A stretch of DNA of 64,000 nt from a bacterium (GTDB taxonomy: Bacteria > UBA8248). The position numbers were made by a program, and so were the translations under genes. Where the stretch lies: the NCBI GenBank assembly GCA_965213625.1, contig CBDBZU010000004.1, positions 3,008,001-3,072,000 on the forward strand, in the 5' to 3' direction. The notes under the pieces are model-generated. The model was not told the DNA's origin and made no database searches. It saw nothing but the letters and a program-made list of their open reading frames with translations. Of this stretch, positions 29,778-39,491 are shown piece after piece (the first letter of the stretch is position 1; the number at the start of each line of letters is the position of its first letter).

Positions 29778-30758
29778 CTATTTCATCGGCAGCTTGTTGC
29801 CGACATCTTTCCAGTAACGCGCCGCACCCGGGTGCACCTTCAGGTTGATGGCGGCCATCCCTTTCAGATCCGGAGCCGTTACGAAGCCCGAAGCCCAGCC
29901 CTTGTGCACTTTCAGCAGGAACTCACGGCCCTTCTTCGAGAAGTTGATGCGTGCGACTTCATACACGACATCGTTGGGCACGTTGCAGCCTACGATGGTC
30001 CACGCGGCGTAGCCGATGGTGGGCACCGGCTTGTCGACGCCGTTGTAGGCATTCTTGACGATGGTTGTATTGAAATAAGCCGCATTCGACTTGAGTAGGC
30101 CTTCGCCCACTTTCCCGTCCACCGGAACGAGGGTGATGGGCAGCGAGGTCGCCAGCTTCAAGACGGCCGGCGAGGGCACGGGGTTCGGGATGGTGAAGGC
30201 GTCCAGACGACCGTCCTTGATGGCGTCGGCCGCCACGTTCCAGTTCAGGTTCTCCTCGCGCACCTTGATGCCGGCGAGCGACACAATGGTGCGCGTCATG
30301 AAGTGCGTGCTGCTGCCCCGGCGGGCGAAGCTGACGCGCTTGCCGTTCAGATCGGCGACAGTCTTGATGCCCGAGTCCTTCCGCACGGCGATGTGGAACT
30401 GCGAGACCGTGCCGGGTCCAAAACCGCACACATTTTTGTAGGGCTTTTTGAACATCTTCTTGCCCTTAAGCGCCAAATCCACGAGCGTGGCCACGCCCAG
30501 AGCAAACTCGGCTTTACCGTTTTCGACCAGCCGGATGTCTTCCACCGCGCCGCGCGTGGTGAGGTTGCTCATTTCGACGGTCTTCGATTCCTTGGAAACC
30601 AAAGCCGCGAGACCGCCCCAGATCACGTAGGCGGCGGCGCCCGGCGCAGCGCCGGCGACAGAGGTCTTGATGCGGGCGGCTTCGGCGCTCGAGAACGACA
30701 GGCCGACCGCCAGCGTGAACGCGACTGCTGCAATCGCAGCGTTTTTCAGATACTTCAT
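29778..30758 (-). CDS. TAXI-family TRAP solute-binding protein
   Basis: Signal peptide, TRGAVED, DLNGKRVS, HPGAARYW; ATG 30758. Confidence 0.92.
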   Translation of the reverse strand: MKYLKNAAIAAVAFTLAVGLSFSSAEAARIKTSVAGAAPGAAAYVIWGGLAALVSKESKTVEMSNLTTRGAVEDIRLVENGKAEFALGVATLVDLALKGKKMFKKPYKNVCGFGPGTVSQFHIAVRKDSGIKTVADLNGKRVSFARRGSSTHFMTRTIVSLAGIKVREENLNWNVAADAIKDGRLDAFTIPNPVPSPAVLKLATSLPITLVPVDGKVGEGLLKSNAAYFNTTIVKNAYNGVDKPVPTIGYAAWTIVGCNVPNDVVYEVARINFSKKGREFLLKVHKGWASGFVTAPDLKGMAAINLKVHPGAARYWKDVGNKLPMK

Positions 30759-30833
30759 CTGTTTCTCCTCCTTGGTGAATAGTGTGTTGCAAGAAATAAA
30801 ACGATTCCCGGGATAATTGCCCAAAAACGAGAA

Positions 30834-31322
30834 TCAGGAACTCTCCTCTTCTTCGCGAAATTCGTCGATATCGCAATAGAGCTCGATGTAGTTTCCATCC
30901 GGGTCGCAGAAATAAAAGGCGCGGTTGCCGCTGCCCTGCTCGAACCCGTCTCCCTCGGGGCCATGGACTAGCGGACCATACTCGATCCTTACACCGCATT
31001 CTTTCAGGTGTCGAAGCGCCTTGAGCCACTCTCCCCGGTTCGGCAGTTCAAAAGCCAGGTGCTGAAACCCCGGCTTGGCTTCCGCCATGGAATTGCCTGA
31101 TTCGGGATAAAGCACCGAGGCATCCTCCGGGGCCTGAAAGAAGACGACCTCATGATGGGTGACATTGCATCGCAAAAATACAGAAGCCCCTCCCGGCACC
31201 ATTGCTCCCGGGCCGCTTCTGCTCGTTACCTTGAAGCCCAGCACGCGGGTGTAGAAATCCTCCATCCGGGCGAGGTCTTTCGTCCAGAATCCAACGTGCC
31301 CTATTTTCGTCGTTTTGAACAT
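30834..31322 (-). CDS. VOC family protein
   Basis: IGHVG, HHEV, FQHLAFE, YFCDPDGNYIE. Confidence 0.88.
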   Translation of the reverse strand: MFKTTKIGHVGFWTKDLARMEDFYTRVLGFKVTSRSGPGAMVPGGASVFLRCNVTHHEVVFFQAPEDASVLYPESGNSMAEAKPGFQHLAFELPNRGEWLKALRHLKECGVRIEYGPLVHGPEGDGFEQGSGNRAFYFCDPDGNYIELYCDIDEFREEEESS

Positions 31323-31521
31323 AAAAAACCGGTTCACTGTCAGCAGAGGCGTCGGAGGGAAAATAAATGGAATAGTCCCGCCTTCTCGTCCTCTCAGCCA
31401 CCTCTTGAAATAAAATATCTGTAAGACAAAATCTTAAACCATACCGGAGAACAAAAAGCAACAAACCTCGTCGTCTTGCGATGAAAATCAAAGCCTGCCA
31501 CGCGATTGTACTGAGGAAGAA

Positions 31522-32886
31522 TCAGCTTCCCGATTCGATTTCTGGAAATTCTGCAATCCAGCCCAGTTCCGCCTCGCACCAGCGGGCGGCGGAGAGTAGA
31601 GCGGCCTCGCCGAAGCGGCGTCCACCCAGTTGAATCCCGATGGGCAGATTCTCATCCCCCTTCCCTACAGGAAGGCTTATGGCCGGAAAACCGATTTGCG
31701 TGAAGGGTTCGTTGAACAGAGCGTTTCCGGTGGATTCCTCGGCGATGGGGGGACGCTCCACATGGGAAGGCAGAATGACGATGTCGAAACCCTGGAAGAA
31801 ATCCTCCATCCGCTGAATGAAGCGTGCGCGAAAGCGCAGGGCGTTCACATAGTGAACAGCAGGCGTCATGAGGCCCGTGGAGATGTTTTTCCGAATATGG
31901 GAAGCATAGGCGTCCTGATTCTCCAGGAACATCTTGTCGTGATAGGCGGCTGACTCCACGCGCATGATGATGCGGTGCGCCGCGTGCATCTCGTCCACAT
32001 CCACGGGCAGCCTTGCCTCCTCCACCTCCACGCCTTTGGCCTTCAAGCTCGCGACGCACTCCTCGATTCGTCCGGCCACCTCCTCGCTCGCATGCGGGAG
32101 AAGATCCTCTTTCCAGAAACACGCCCGTTTCGGTCTCACCGGCGCAGAGGCTTCGGCGTAATCAGGCACGGCTATGTCGGGCGCTTGCGCGTCTATTCCA
32201 TCCGCACCCGCGATGGCCGTGAGCACGCGCGCCGCATCCTCCGTGCTCCTCGTGATCACGCCCACATGGTCCAGAATCCAGGACACCGAAATCAGTCCAC
32301 TCCTCGGTATCCGCCCATAGCTGGGCTTGAGACCCACCACGCCGCAAAACGCAGCAGGCCGCAAGGTCGAGCCGCCCGTCTGGCTGCCGAGCGCCGCCGG
32401 GACCATCCCCACCGCCACGGAGGCTGCGGAACCGCTGCTCGAACCGCCGGGGCTATGCTTCAGATTCCATGGATTTCGCGTCTGTGAGGGATCGGAGGTG
32501 GCGAACTGCGTGGTGACCGTCTTGCCGAGGCAAATCGCGCCCGCATTTTTCAGGCGCGTCGTGACGGTGGCGTCCCTATCCGCTATATGGCCTTTCAGCA
32601 AAGGAGAGTTCGCCTCGCGCGGCAGACCGGCGACGTCCACGATGTCCTTATACCCGATGGCGGCGCCCCCGAGCGGCCCACTCCCCTCACCGCTCGCAAG
32701 TCTTTCGTCGATAGCTTTCGAACTGGCGAGCGCACCCTCCCTGTCCACGTGCGCCCACGCCAGTATTATTTCCTCCAGCGCGTCGATTCGCTCCAGCAAC
32801 GAGCGCGTCCATTCAGATGCGGACAAGTTGCCTTCGGTGATTTTTCTCAGCCCATCAGAGAGGCTCAAGCGCCAGTGTTCACTCAT
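31522..32886 (-). CDS. Amidase signature family amidase
   Basis: GYKD, GKTVTTQFA, PGGSSSGSAA, QTGGSTLRPA (Ser-cisSer-Lys triad). Confidence 0.93.
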   Translation of the reverse strand: MSEHWRLSLSDGLRKITEGNLSASEWTRSLLERIDALEEIILAWAHVDREGALASSKAIDERLASGEGSGPLGGAAIGYKDIVDVAGLPREANSPLLKGHIADRDATVTTRLKNAGAICLGKTVTTQFATSDPSQTRNPWNLKHSPGGSSSGSAASVAVGMVPAALGSQTGGSTLRPAAFCGVVGLKPSYGRIPRSGLISVSWILDHVGVITRSTEDAARVLTAIAGADGIDAQAPDIAVPDYAEASAPVRPKRACFWKEDLLPHASEEVAGRIEECVASLKAKGVEVEEARLPVDVDEMHAAHRIIMRVESAAYHDKMFLENQDAYASHIRKNISTGLMTPAVHYVNALRFRARFIQRMEDFFQGFDIVILPSHVERPPIAEESTGNALFNEPFTQIGFPAISLPVGKGDENLPIGIQLGGRRFGEAALLSAARWCEAELGWIAEFPEIESGS

Positions 32887-32920
32887 TTTTCACTCCCTTG
32901 TTCCGCGTAACCCGCATAAT

Positions 32921-33094
32921 TTATTTATCGAGTTCTTCGAGCTTCTCCAATATTTCGAGCAAATGAGGCTTCCCGCCCGCAGGTGGACGCCAGCGCACGT
33001 GCATCACGGGCACGCTCTGGTTTTTTAACTCTTCCTCGAATATCTCAAGCCCGACATTCACGACCCGGAGCGGTTTCCGGCCTAATTCTTTCAT
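32921..33094 (-). CDS. Small FdrA-domain protein (57 aa; below the ORF-track cutoff)
   Basis: Manual translation MKELGRKPLRVVNVGLEIFEEELKNQSVPVMHVRWRPPAGGKPHLLEILEKLEELDK*; resembles the C-terminal tail of E. coli FdrA (VINAGL.SF...VVH.QW.P.AGG); starts 3 nt after the fdrA stop. Confidence 0.85.
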   Translation of the reverse strand: MKELGRKPLRVVNVGLEIFEEELKNQSVPVMHVRWRPPAGGKPHLLEILEKLEELDK

Positions 33095-33097
33095 GGC

Positions 33098-34597
33098 TCA
33101 CCCAACACCCAGCAGTTCCGGTTTCACAAGCGCAGCTGCGAAGCGCGCCGCCTGCGCGTTGGAGGGAAGCACGACCACGCCGGCATCTTCGAGAATCCCA
33201 ACCTGCGCATCCAGCCCTTGCGGGTCATCCATCGTACCCACTACCGAGGCGACGAAAACAGGACGACTCCCCTTCCCTCTCGCGTCTTTTATCGCCCGCA
33301 CGAGAGGCCCCGCCGGGTCCTGTGAACTTGCCCTGCCCAGCATCAGGTCGAACAAGACGACGCCAACGCGGTCACTCGCTGCAGATGCCGCAATCATCTC
33401 CGCGCGGGACTCGGGGTCTATCATCGGGTGGGGCTTGCCGACCGTATAGCGATCATCCCCCAGGTCGAGAATCCGGTGACGGCCTGCATTCTCGTTCCAG
33501 GACACGTCGCCCAGCAACCCCTCGAGAATGAGACGGCTCTCATGGGCGAGCGTGCCGCCCGAGAAAAGCCCCAGCACGCTCGCGCCATCAAGCGCGTCAA
33601 CCTTTCCCAGGGAGGCAATTTTTTCTTTCAGCCCCGCTTGGGCGAAAAAATTTTCAGGCTCGTAGCTCTCGCCTTTCAAAATCGCCGCTACGGCGTGGCC
33701 TGCATCCTCCAGGGTCTCGGCCCAATCGGGATTTTCGGCGCCCAGAAAGCAAACGACGTACGGCTTGTTGAAGTTTTCAAGCGCCTCTTCGATTCTTGGC
33801 AGCACTTCTTCGTCAGGCGGCTTGGAAATGAGCGCCACGATTTCCGTCGCGGGATCACTCGACAGGAAATCGAGCGCGTGGAGCGTCATCAAGCCACCCA
33901 CTTCGGCGGACAGATCGCGTCCGCCCACGCCGATTCCGTGGGAAATCCCCTCGCCCAGGGCATCGAGTTGCGAAGCCACGGCCTGAAGACCCGTGCCCGA
34001 AGCGGCGATGCAGCCCACGCACCCCGGCTTTACAACGTTAGTGAAACCGAGCCCCACGCCCCCGATGTACGCCGTTCCGCAATCGGGGCCCATCAGGAGC
34101 AGATCGCGATCAATGGCCTCTCGCTTGAGCGCCACCTCATCAGCTATGGATACGTTGTCGCTGAAGAGAAACACGTGAAGCCCGCCCCGCAGGGCATCCA
34201 TGGCTTCTTTTGCGGCAAAGGCGCCGGGCACGGAAATCATCGCCAGGTTGGAATCAGGCGCTGCGGCAAGCGCTCCCGCCAGACTCGATGACGTAAAATC
34301 GCTCGCGTCACCATCGCCGACCCGCCCTTGCGTGAGAAAGGCTTTTGCCTCCTCGATCGCATCGAGTGCAAGCGCTCCTGAATCCGCCTCCACGGCCAGC
34401 ACCAGATCATTCGGTCCGGCCTCGACTTCGCTCTCCTCAAACAATCCCGCCTGAGCCAGGATCGCGTGATTCGCGGGCGTGCCCATGAGCGCCGCCATCT
34501 CGGAGACGCCCGGCCTTTTACGAATCTCACGCGCCAGGCGCATGAGTTTTACGGAATCCTGATAAAACGAAGGCAGTACGGCGCTTGCAAGCGGCAA
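33098..34597 (-). CDS. fdrA: FdrA/AllF family protein (succinyl-CoA synthetase alpha-like fold)
   Basis: YQDSVKLM, MGTPAN, FSDNV, MGPDCGTA, ASGTGLQ, GGRDLS, SGGTLA, GKPHPMIDP. Confidence 0.9.
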   Translation of the reverse strand: MPLASAVLPSFYQDSVKLMRLAREIRKRPGVSEMAALMGTPANHAILAQAGLFEESEVEAGPNDLVLAVEADSGALALDAIEEAKAFLTQGRVGDGDASDFTSSSLAGALAAAPDSNLAMISVPGAFAAKEAMDALRGGLHVFLFSDNVSIADEVALKREAIDRDLLLMGPDCGTAYIGGVGLGFTNVVKPGCVGCIAASGTGLQAVASQLDALGEGISHGIGVGGRDLSAEVGGLMTLHALDFLSSDPATEIVALISKPPDEEVLPRIEEALENFNKPYVVCFLGAENPDWAETLEDAGHAVAAILKGESYEPENFFAQAGLKEKIASLGKVDALDGASVLGLFSGGTLAHESRLILEGLLGDVSWNENAGRHRILDLGDDRYTVGKPHPMIDPESRAEMIAASAASDRVGVVLFDLMLGRASSQDPAGPLVRAIKDARGKGSRPVFVASVVGTMDDPQGLDAQVGILEDAGVVVLPSNAQAARFAAALVKPELLGVG

Positions 34598-34598
34598 T

Positions 34599-34784
34599 TT
34601 ATTTCGCTTCTTTGGCGGGTGGAGCGAAGGGCTCCAGCGTTTTCTCGAGTGAGGCGGACGATAGCGTCTGCATCATCTCCGCGACCTCATCGGCATACCC
34701 GGCAATGCGCTCTTCATCTTCCAAGCCGAAGACGTCCCGCCCCATCCGTACGAGTTGTGAGGCAACTTCTGCTTTTTCATTCAT
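34599..34784 (-). CDS. Small acidic helical protein (61 aa), possibly a GatC/AtzG-like amidase partner
   Basis: ATGA overlap with the ubiX stop; MNEKAEV...RIAGYADEVAEMMQTLSSASLEKTLEPFAPP. The helix-helix-EP tail resembles GatC-like proteins. Confidence 0.6.
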   Translation of the reverse strand: MNEKAEVASQLVRMGRDVFGLEDEERIAGYADEVAEMMQTLSSASLEKTLEPFAPPAKEAK

Positions 34785-35395
34785 TCGTTCATCTCCCCAT
34801 CCTGACGCGCCGCGAGGCTCTTTCGCTCCGGGTGCTGGCCACGCCATTGCTCGAAAAGGTTTTGTTCGAGCCCCAGGCAGGTGAGCGTCTTGCCCACCAC
34901 GTGATCGATCAAATCTTCCATCGTCTGCGGTTTGAAGTAGAACCCCGGCGACGCCGGAAGGATGAAAACCCCCATCAGCGCGAGTTTGTGCATATTTTCC
35001 AGATGAATCGCCGAGAGCGGCATCTCGCGCGGCAGGAGAACGAGTTTTTTCTGCTCCTTGAGCATCACGTCCGCCGCGCGGCAGATGAGGTTATCGCCCG
35101 TGCCTGTAGCTATCAACCCCAGCGTCTTGAGCGAGCATGGCGCTATCACCATCGCGTCGAAGCCCGCGCTGCCGCTTGCGGGCCTTGCGCCGATGTCGCT
35201 CTCGGGATGAACGACGCTCGCCCACGAAGAGAGCTTTGCGATATCCACATCCGTCTCATAGCTCAGAACGCGGATGCCCGCCTTGGAGACGACCAAGTGG
35301 GTCTCCACTTCGGGATACGCATCGTGCAAAACTTCCATCAGGCGCGCGCCGTATATCGAACCGGAAGCGCCCGTAATACCCACAACCATTTTCAT
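34781..35395 (-). CDS. ubiX: Flavin prenyltransferase
   Basis: VGITGASGSIYG, ASGS, PCSLKTL, RAADVMLKE, REMPL, PGFY. Confidence 0.93.
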   Translation of the reverse strand: MKMVVGITGASGSIYGARLMEVLHDAYPEVETHLVVSKAGIRVLSYETDVDIAKLSSWASVVHPESDIGARPASGSAGFDAMVIAPCSLKTLGLIATGTGDNLICRAADVMLKEQKKLVLLPREMPLSAIHLENMHKLALMGVFILPASPGFYFKPQTMEDLIDHVVGKTLTCLGLEQNLFEQWRGQHPERKSLAARQDGEMNE

Positions 35396-35420
35396 CGGAA
35401 AACTCCAGCCGCAAGCGAAG

Positions 35421-36311
35421 CTACAAGCGCGTCTTCGATACCTTCTCGTAATCACGATACAACAAGGTGAAATCTTTTTCGATCATCCCGCGTTTGACGG
35501 CTTTCTCCAAAAACTCGAGCGTGGCCTCTCCGTGCTCGGTATGCGCCCTGTGCTTCTTGCCCATCTTCACGGCCATGCCGACGTCTTTGATCATGTTGTA
35601 GACGCGCGATTTGCCGTCCCACTTTTCCGACAATATGTGGTTCGGAAAACGGAACTGGCTCGCGTAGCTCCGCGCGTTCGATACGTTGAACACGTCAATC
35701 ATGTCCTCCACCTTGAGGCCCACTTTTTCGGCGAGTTTTCCTCCCTCGCAGGTCGCCATGAAGATGGAATGGCAGACCATGTTGTGGATGAGCTTCATGG
35801 CGTGGCCCGCGCCGCTCTCGCCCAGGTAGAAAAGATCGTCTGCTATCGGCTTCAAAAATCTTTTCGTGCGGCGGTAGGCCTTCTCGTCACCGCCTATCAT
35901 GAGCGTCAGCGTGCCTGCGGCGGCGCCCGTAGCTCCGCCGCTCATGCCCGCGTCGAGATAAGCCACTCCTTTCGCCTTCGCGCGGCGGGCGATCTTCCGG
36001 CTCACCGCGGGGTCTGAACTCGTGAAGTCATAGAGCACCAGATTCTTTTTCGCGTTCGCCAGAACGCCATTCCTTCCCTTGAGGGCTTCCTCGATTTCAG
36101 GCGATCCCGGCACCACGAAGAAGATGATGCCCGCCTGCCCCACCATCTCGCCAGGCTCAAGAATCTCCACGCCCCGTTTTCTCTCCCAGGGTTCCCTCGC
36201 CTCGGGGACCACGTCCCAAACCATCAAGGGGATTTTCGCCTTGTGCAGATTGCCCGCGACGCCTCGCCCCATGTTCCCCAATCCGACCACGCCTACTTTC
36301 GCTTGCGCCAT
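35421..36311 (-). CDS. NAD(P)-dependent beta-hydroxyacid dehydrogenase family protein
   Basis: GLGNMG, DAGMSGG, GHAMKLIHN, KD. Confidence 0.9.
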   Translation of the reverse strand: MAQAKVGVVGLGNMGRGVAGNLHKAKIPLMVWDVVPEAREPWERKRGVEILEPGEMVGQAGIIFFVVPGSPEIEEALKGRNGVLANAKKNLVLYDFTSSDPAVSRKIARRAKAKGVAYLDAGMSGGATGAAAGTLTLMIGGDEKAYRRTKRFLKPIADDLFYLGESGAGHAMKLIHNMVCHSIFMATCEGGKLAEKVGLKVEDMIDVFNVSNARSYASQFRFPNHILSEKWDGKSRVYNMIKDVGMAVKMGKKHRAHTEHGEATLEFLEKAVKRGMIEKDFTLLYRDYEKVSKTRL

Positions 36312-36346
36312 ATCTGGTTACTCTCCTTCCTGTCCCTTCCCGCTTT

Positions 36347-38071
36347 CTATTTTTGGGCCGCCATGGGCGTATACGTCTTGAGCGGGTCTATATCGAATAA
36401 AATCTCATTGTCAGCCCCGTGGGTGAGGCGCGTCACGAAACTGCAATCCGCCTCGTTCGTCTCGGGATAATCGAGCCTGAAATGCGCGCCCCGGCTCTCG
36501 TTCCTGTTCAGTGCGGCTGTGGCGAGGAGTTTACCCAGAAGCGCCAGATTCCGGACCGAGAGCGCGCTTTCGAGTTCCTGGCCTTTTGTTTTCGCCGACG
36601 TACGCGCGCCCTCATCCAGCCGCATTTCTGGAATATCCTCGTTCTCGATGCGCGCATATTCTTCCAGCGCGTTACGGCAGCCCTCGGCGTCTCGTATGGG
36701 GCCGAGTTTCTCGTGCGCGAGCATCCGGCAGCGCATGCGCACGTCCTTCTGAAGCGGCCCCTCATCGCGTTCGATGAGCGTTTCCAGCCAGGCGCGCTCG
36801 GTCTCGGGGATTCCGCCGAAAACAGCAGGCGCGTCACGCCCGCTCTCTTTCACCTGTACGGAGACCGCCTGCCCCGCACGTCTCCCGTAGACTAAAGATG
36901 CCGAAAGCGCAGAGCCGCCGATTCGGTTGCCGCCGTGAATGCCGCCCCCCGTCTCGCCCGCGGCCCAAAGACCCGGCACGCGCGTTCTGCCGTCGACGTC
37001 GATCTCGAGACCGCCGAGCCAGGTATGGCTGCCCGGCGCCACCTCGAGCGGCGTTTTCGTGATGTCGATGCCGCGCGAGAGGCACGTTTTGTATACATGG
37101 GGAATCTGTTTCTGGATCGTCTCCATGGGGACCCGGGTGGCGTCCATATAAATGCCGCCCGTGAGGCCTGCGCGGCCCGCGTGAATCTCCTTCGCCATGG
37201 CGAGGATGACCTCGCTGCGCGTGCTCTTTTCCGCCGTGTCCGGGAAATAGCGCTTCAAGAACGCCTCTCCCTCCTGGTTCAGGAAAATGGCGCCCGCGTT
37301 GATGAAGCCGGTGGGATGCGGCGCGAAGCCGAACAACTCCTCGGGCGCACAGCACATGGCCTGAAAGTCGATCATCTCGATGCCCAGGAGTGAAGCGCCC
37401 GCGCGAAAGCCCAACACGTAGCCGTCGCCCGTCACCTGCGGGGGATTGTCGTTCACGTAGAAAAGGCCGCTGCCGCCCCCAGTGGCGAGAATCACCTCGC
37501 GCGCGGCGTAGACCATGAGGCAGCCGCGCGAGTAATCCACTCCCCATGCGCCGATGACGCGGCCCCCTTCGGTGATGAGGTCCACGATGGCCGTATGAGG
37601 ATGCTGCCCGATGCGGGCGTCACCCCGGAGTCTCTTTGAGAGTACCTTGGTAACCATGTTGCCCGTGGTGTCGTGGTGATGCAGAGCGCGGGGATAGGTG
37701 TGGCTCGGGAACATCTTGAGGTCGAGGTCGCCGTTATCATCCGTGATGAACTCCGCTCCCCACTCGCGCAAGTCGTGCACGACGTCGATGATGTCGTACA
37801 CCCAGGTTTTAGCCAGTTCGGGGTCGATGAGTTCTCCGCCGTATTTCAGGATTTCCTGTAAGTGAAGCTCGGGACTGTCGTCCGGCGCCATCGCCGCGGC
37901 GAAACCGCCCCTCGCCACGGTGGTCGTGCCGCTGGTGGCCCTGCCTTTGGTCGCCTGGATAACGCTCACGCCCGCCTGCGCGCACTCGAAGGCGGCCATC
38001 GTGCCCGCCGCACCCCCGCCCACGATCAACACATCGGTCTCGTGGCGTTCTTCCGTGATGTTTCCCACCAT
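36347..38071 (-). CDS. FAD-dependent oxidoreductase, SdhA/FrdA/NadB family
   Basis: GGGAAG, LATGG, TGDG, HTWLGG, GIHGGNRIGG, RNESRGAHFRLDYP. Confidence 0.88.
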   Translation of the reverse strand: MVGNITEERHETDVLIVGGGAAGTMAAFECAQAGVSVIQATKGRATSGTTTVARGGFAAAMAPDDSPELHLQEILKYGGELIDPELAKTWVYDIIDVVHDLREWGAEFITDDNGDLDLKMFPSHTYPRALHHHDTTGNMVTKVLSKRLRGDARIGQHPHTAIVDLITEGGRVIGAWGVDYSRGCLMVYAAREVILATGGGSGLFYVNDNPPQVTGDGYVLGFRAGASLLGIEMIDFQAMCCAPEELFGFAPHPTGFINAGAIFLNQEGEAFLKRYFPDTAEKSTRSEVILAMAKEIHAGRAGLTGGIYMDATRVPMETIQKQIPHVYKTCLSRGIDITKTPLEVAPGSHTWLGGLEIDVDGRTRVPGLWAAGETGGGIHGGNRIGGSALSASLVYGRRAGQAVSVQVKESGRDAPAVFGGIPETERAWLETLIERDEGPLQKDVRMRCRMLAHEKLGPIRDAEGCRNALEEYARIENEDIPEMRLDEGARTSAKTKGQELESALSVRNLALLGKLLATAALNRNESRGAHFRLDYPETNEADCSFVTRLTHGADNEILFDIDPLKTYTPMAAQK

Positions 38072-38174
38072 CTGAATCGTCCTTTCGCGCCTATCATTTG
38101 AAAAGAATCAAGATTTACGGGCGCATCTTAAAACATTTGAGGGCAAAAGACTCCCCGCCAAGGAGCGCCCCGGT

Positions 38175-39422
38175 TTATTCGCCCCGCGCAAGCATTTCGA
38201 TCATCTTATCCGCGCACGCATCGGCAAAAGCCTCATCGTTGATGTGCATATCGAGCGTGACGATCTCCCCCGTCCTCAGGTGTTCCTTTAACGAGGCGGC
38301 AAAGGCGGCGTCCACCTCGGGCTGACGCCAATCGCCCACCTCGCGTCCTTCCAGGTCGTGGGCCTTGCGCTTCGTATGCTCGCTGTAGCCTCGCGTGGGT
38401 ATCAAAACGGATAGAGGCCCCCTGGCGCGGTTGAGCTTATCCGCCATCAGGACGCCGAGCGCCTCGAATTCCTCCTGGTTCGTGCGCATGAGGAGGTTTT
38501 GTGCGTTGTACTGGAAAAACGCCCTGTTTTGATATTTCTCGGGCACTTGGCCCGTCCAGAAATTCGCGTGATCGAGCGCGCCCGGCACGACGACCTGCGG
38601 AATGCCCGCTGCGCCCGCCTCCTCGAGCCTCCCCGCACCCGCGCTGTAGACCCCGTCCACGAGCAGGTCCGTGAGCTCGTGCGTTGTGACGTCCACCACG
38701 CCGGCCAGCTCGCCCAGCCCGGCCAGCGACTCGAGCGCGCGGCCGCCGGGCCCCGAGGCATGAAAGAAAATGACCTCATAGCCCGCCTCGGTAAGCCTTG
38801 TCTCTACACGCTCGATACACGCCGCCGTGCCGCCGAAAGAAGATACTCCGATGAGGGGCGGCGCAGTTTCATCACTCTCTCCGACCGCTTCCTCTCGCTT
38901 CACCATGCCCGCAAGAGCGAGAGCGGCGTTCGTGAGCACCCCGCGTGTGATTCGGTTCAAGGATATATCGCCGATCGAGGGGAACATCATGATGTCGCTC
39001 TCGGCCACGTACCACTGCACGGCCGCCGTTGCGGCCACGACGCTCACCATCACCTTGGGCGCGAGGGGAGGCAGCGCGCGCATGATGGCGCAGGCCATCG
39101 AGGTGCCGTTCGCCCCGCCGAGGCCGACCGCACCCTGTATCTCACCTGCTTGAAATTTATTGACCAAAATACGCCTGCCACCTACCATCATTATTTCCGA
39201 GGCGGCGTTTCTCTCCATACGGGCCAGATCGTCCCAACTCCGCCCACCTTCGCCAGCCACTTCGGCGCCGGTGACGTCCGCACCGCCTGCTTCATGCGGC
39301 TTGCAGGAAAGATCCACCAGAAGGGGCTTTACACCCGATTCTGCTAGCACATCCGCCAGAAAGCGCGCCTCTCCACCCTTGCTGTCCATCGTCACCAATA
39401 TGGCTACACTCGGAATCGACAT
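38175..39422 (-). CDS. Tm-1-like ATP-binding protein (UPF0261)
   Basis: TMDSKG, GGANGT, PKVMVS, FHASGPGG, D.TTHE, VPGALD, HIND.AFA. Confidence 0.88.
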   Translation of the reverse strand: MSIPSVAILVTMDSKGGEARFLADVLAESGVKPLLVDLSCKPHEAGGADVTGAEVAGEGGRSWDDLARMERNAASEIMMVGGRRILVNKFQAGEIQGAVGLGGANGTSMACAIMRALPPLAPKVMVSVVAATAAVQWYVAESDIMMFPSIGDISLNRITRGVLTNAALALAGMVKREEAVGESDETAPPLIGVSSFGGTAACIERVETRLTEAGYEVIFFHASGPGGRALESLAGLGELAGVVDVTTHELTDLLVDGVYSAGAGRLEEAGAAGIPQVVVPGALDHANFWTGQVPEKYQNRAFFQYNAQNLLMRTNQEEFEALGVLMADKLNRARGPLSVLIPTRGYSEHTKRKAHDLEGREVGDWRQPEVDAAFAASLKEHLRTGEIVTLDMHINDEAFADACADKMIEMLARGE

Positions 39423-39491
39423 TTTCTCCTTACCCGGTGAAATCACTCTTCTCAAAGACCGTCACAATAATAGGTTCGTCGCGTCTGCGCC

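Noticed and set aside
28606-29817. 403-aa plus-strand ORF
   Set aside because: Antisense to the TRAP permease; typical high-GC artefact.
36347-38071. Respiratory sdhA or nadB call
   Set aside because: Lacks the covalent-FAD His and QFHPT, and has no sdhB/C or nadA/C context.
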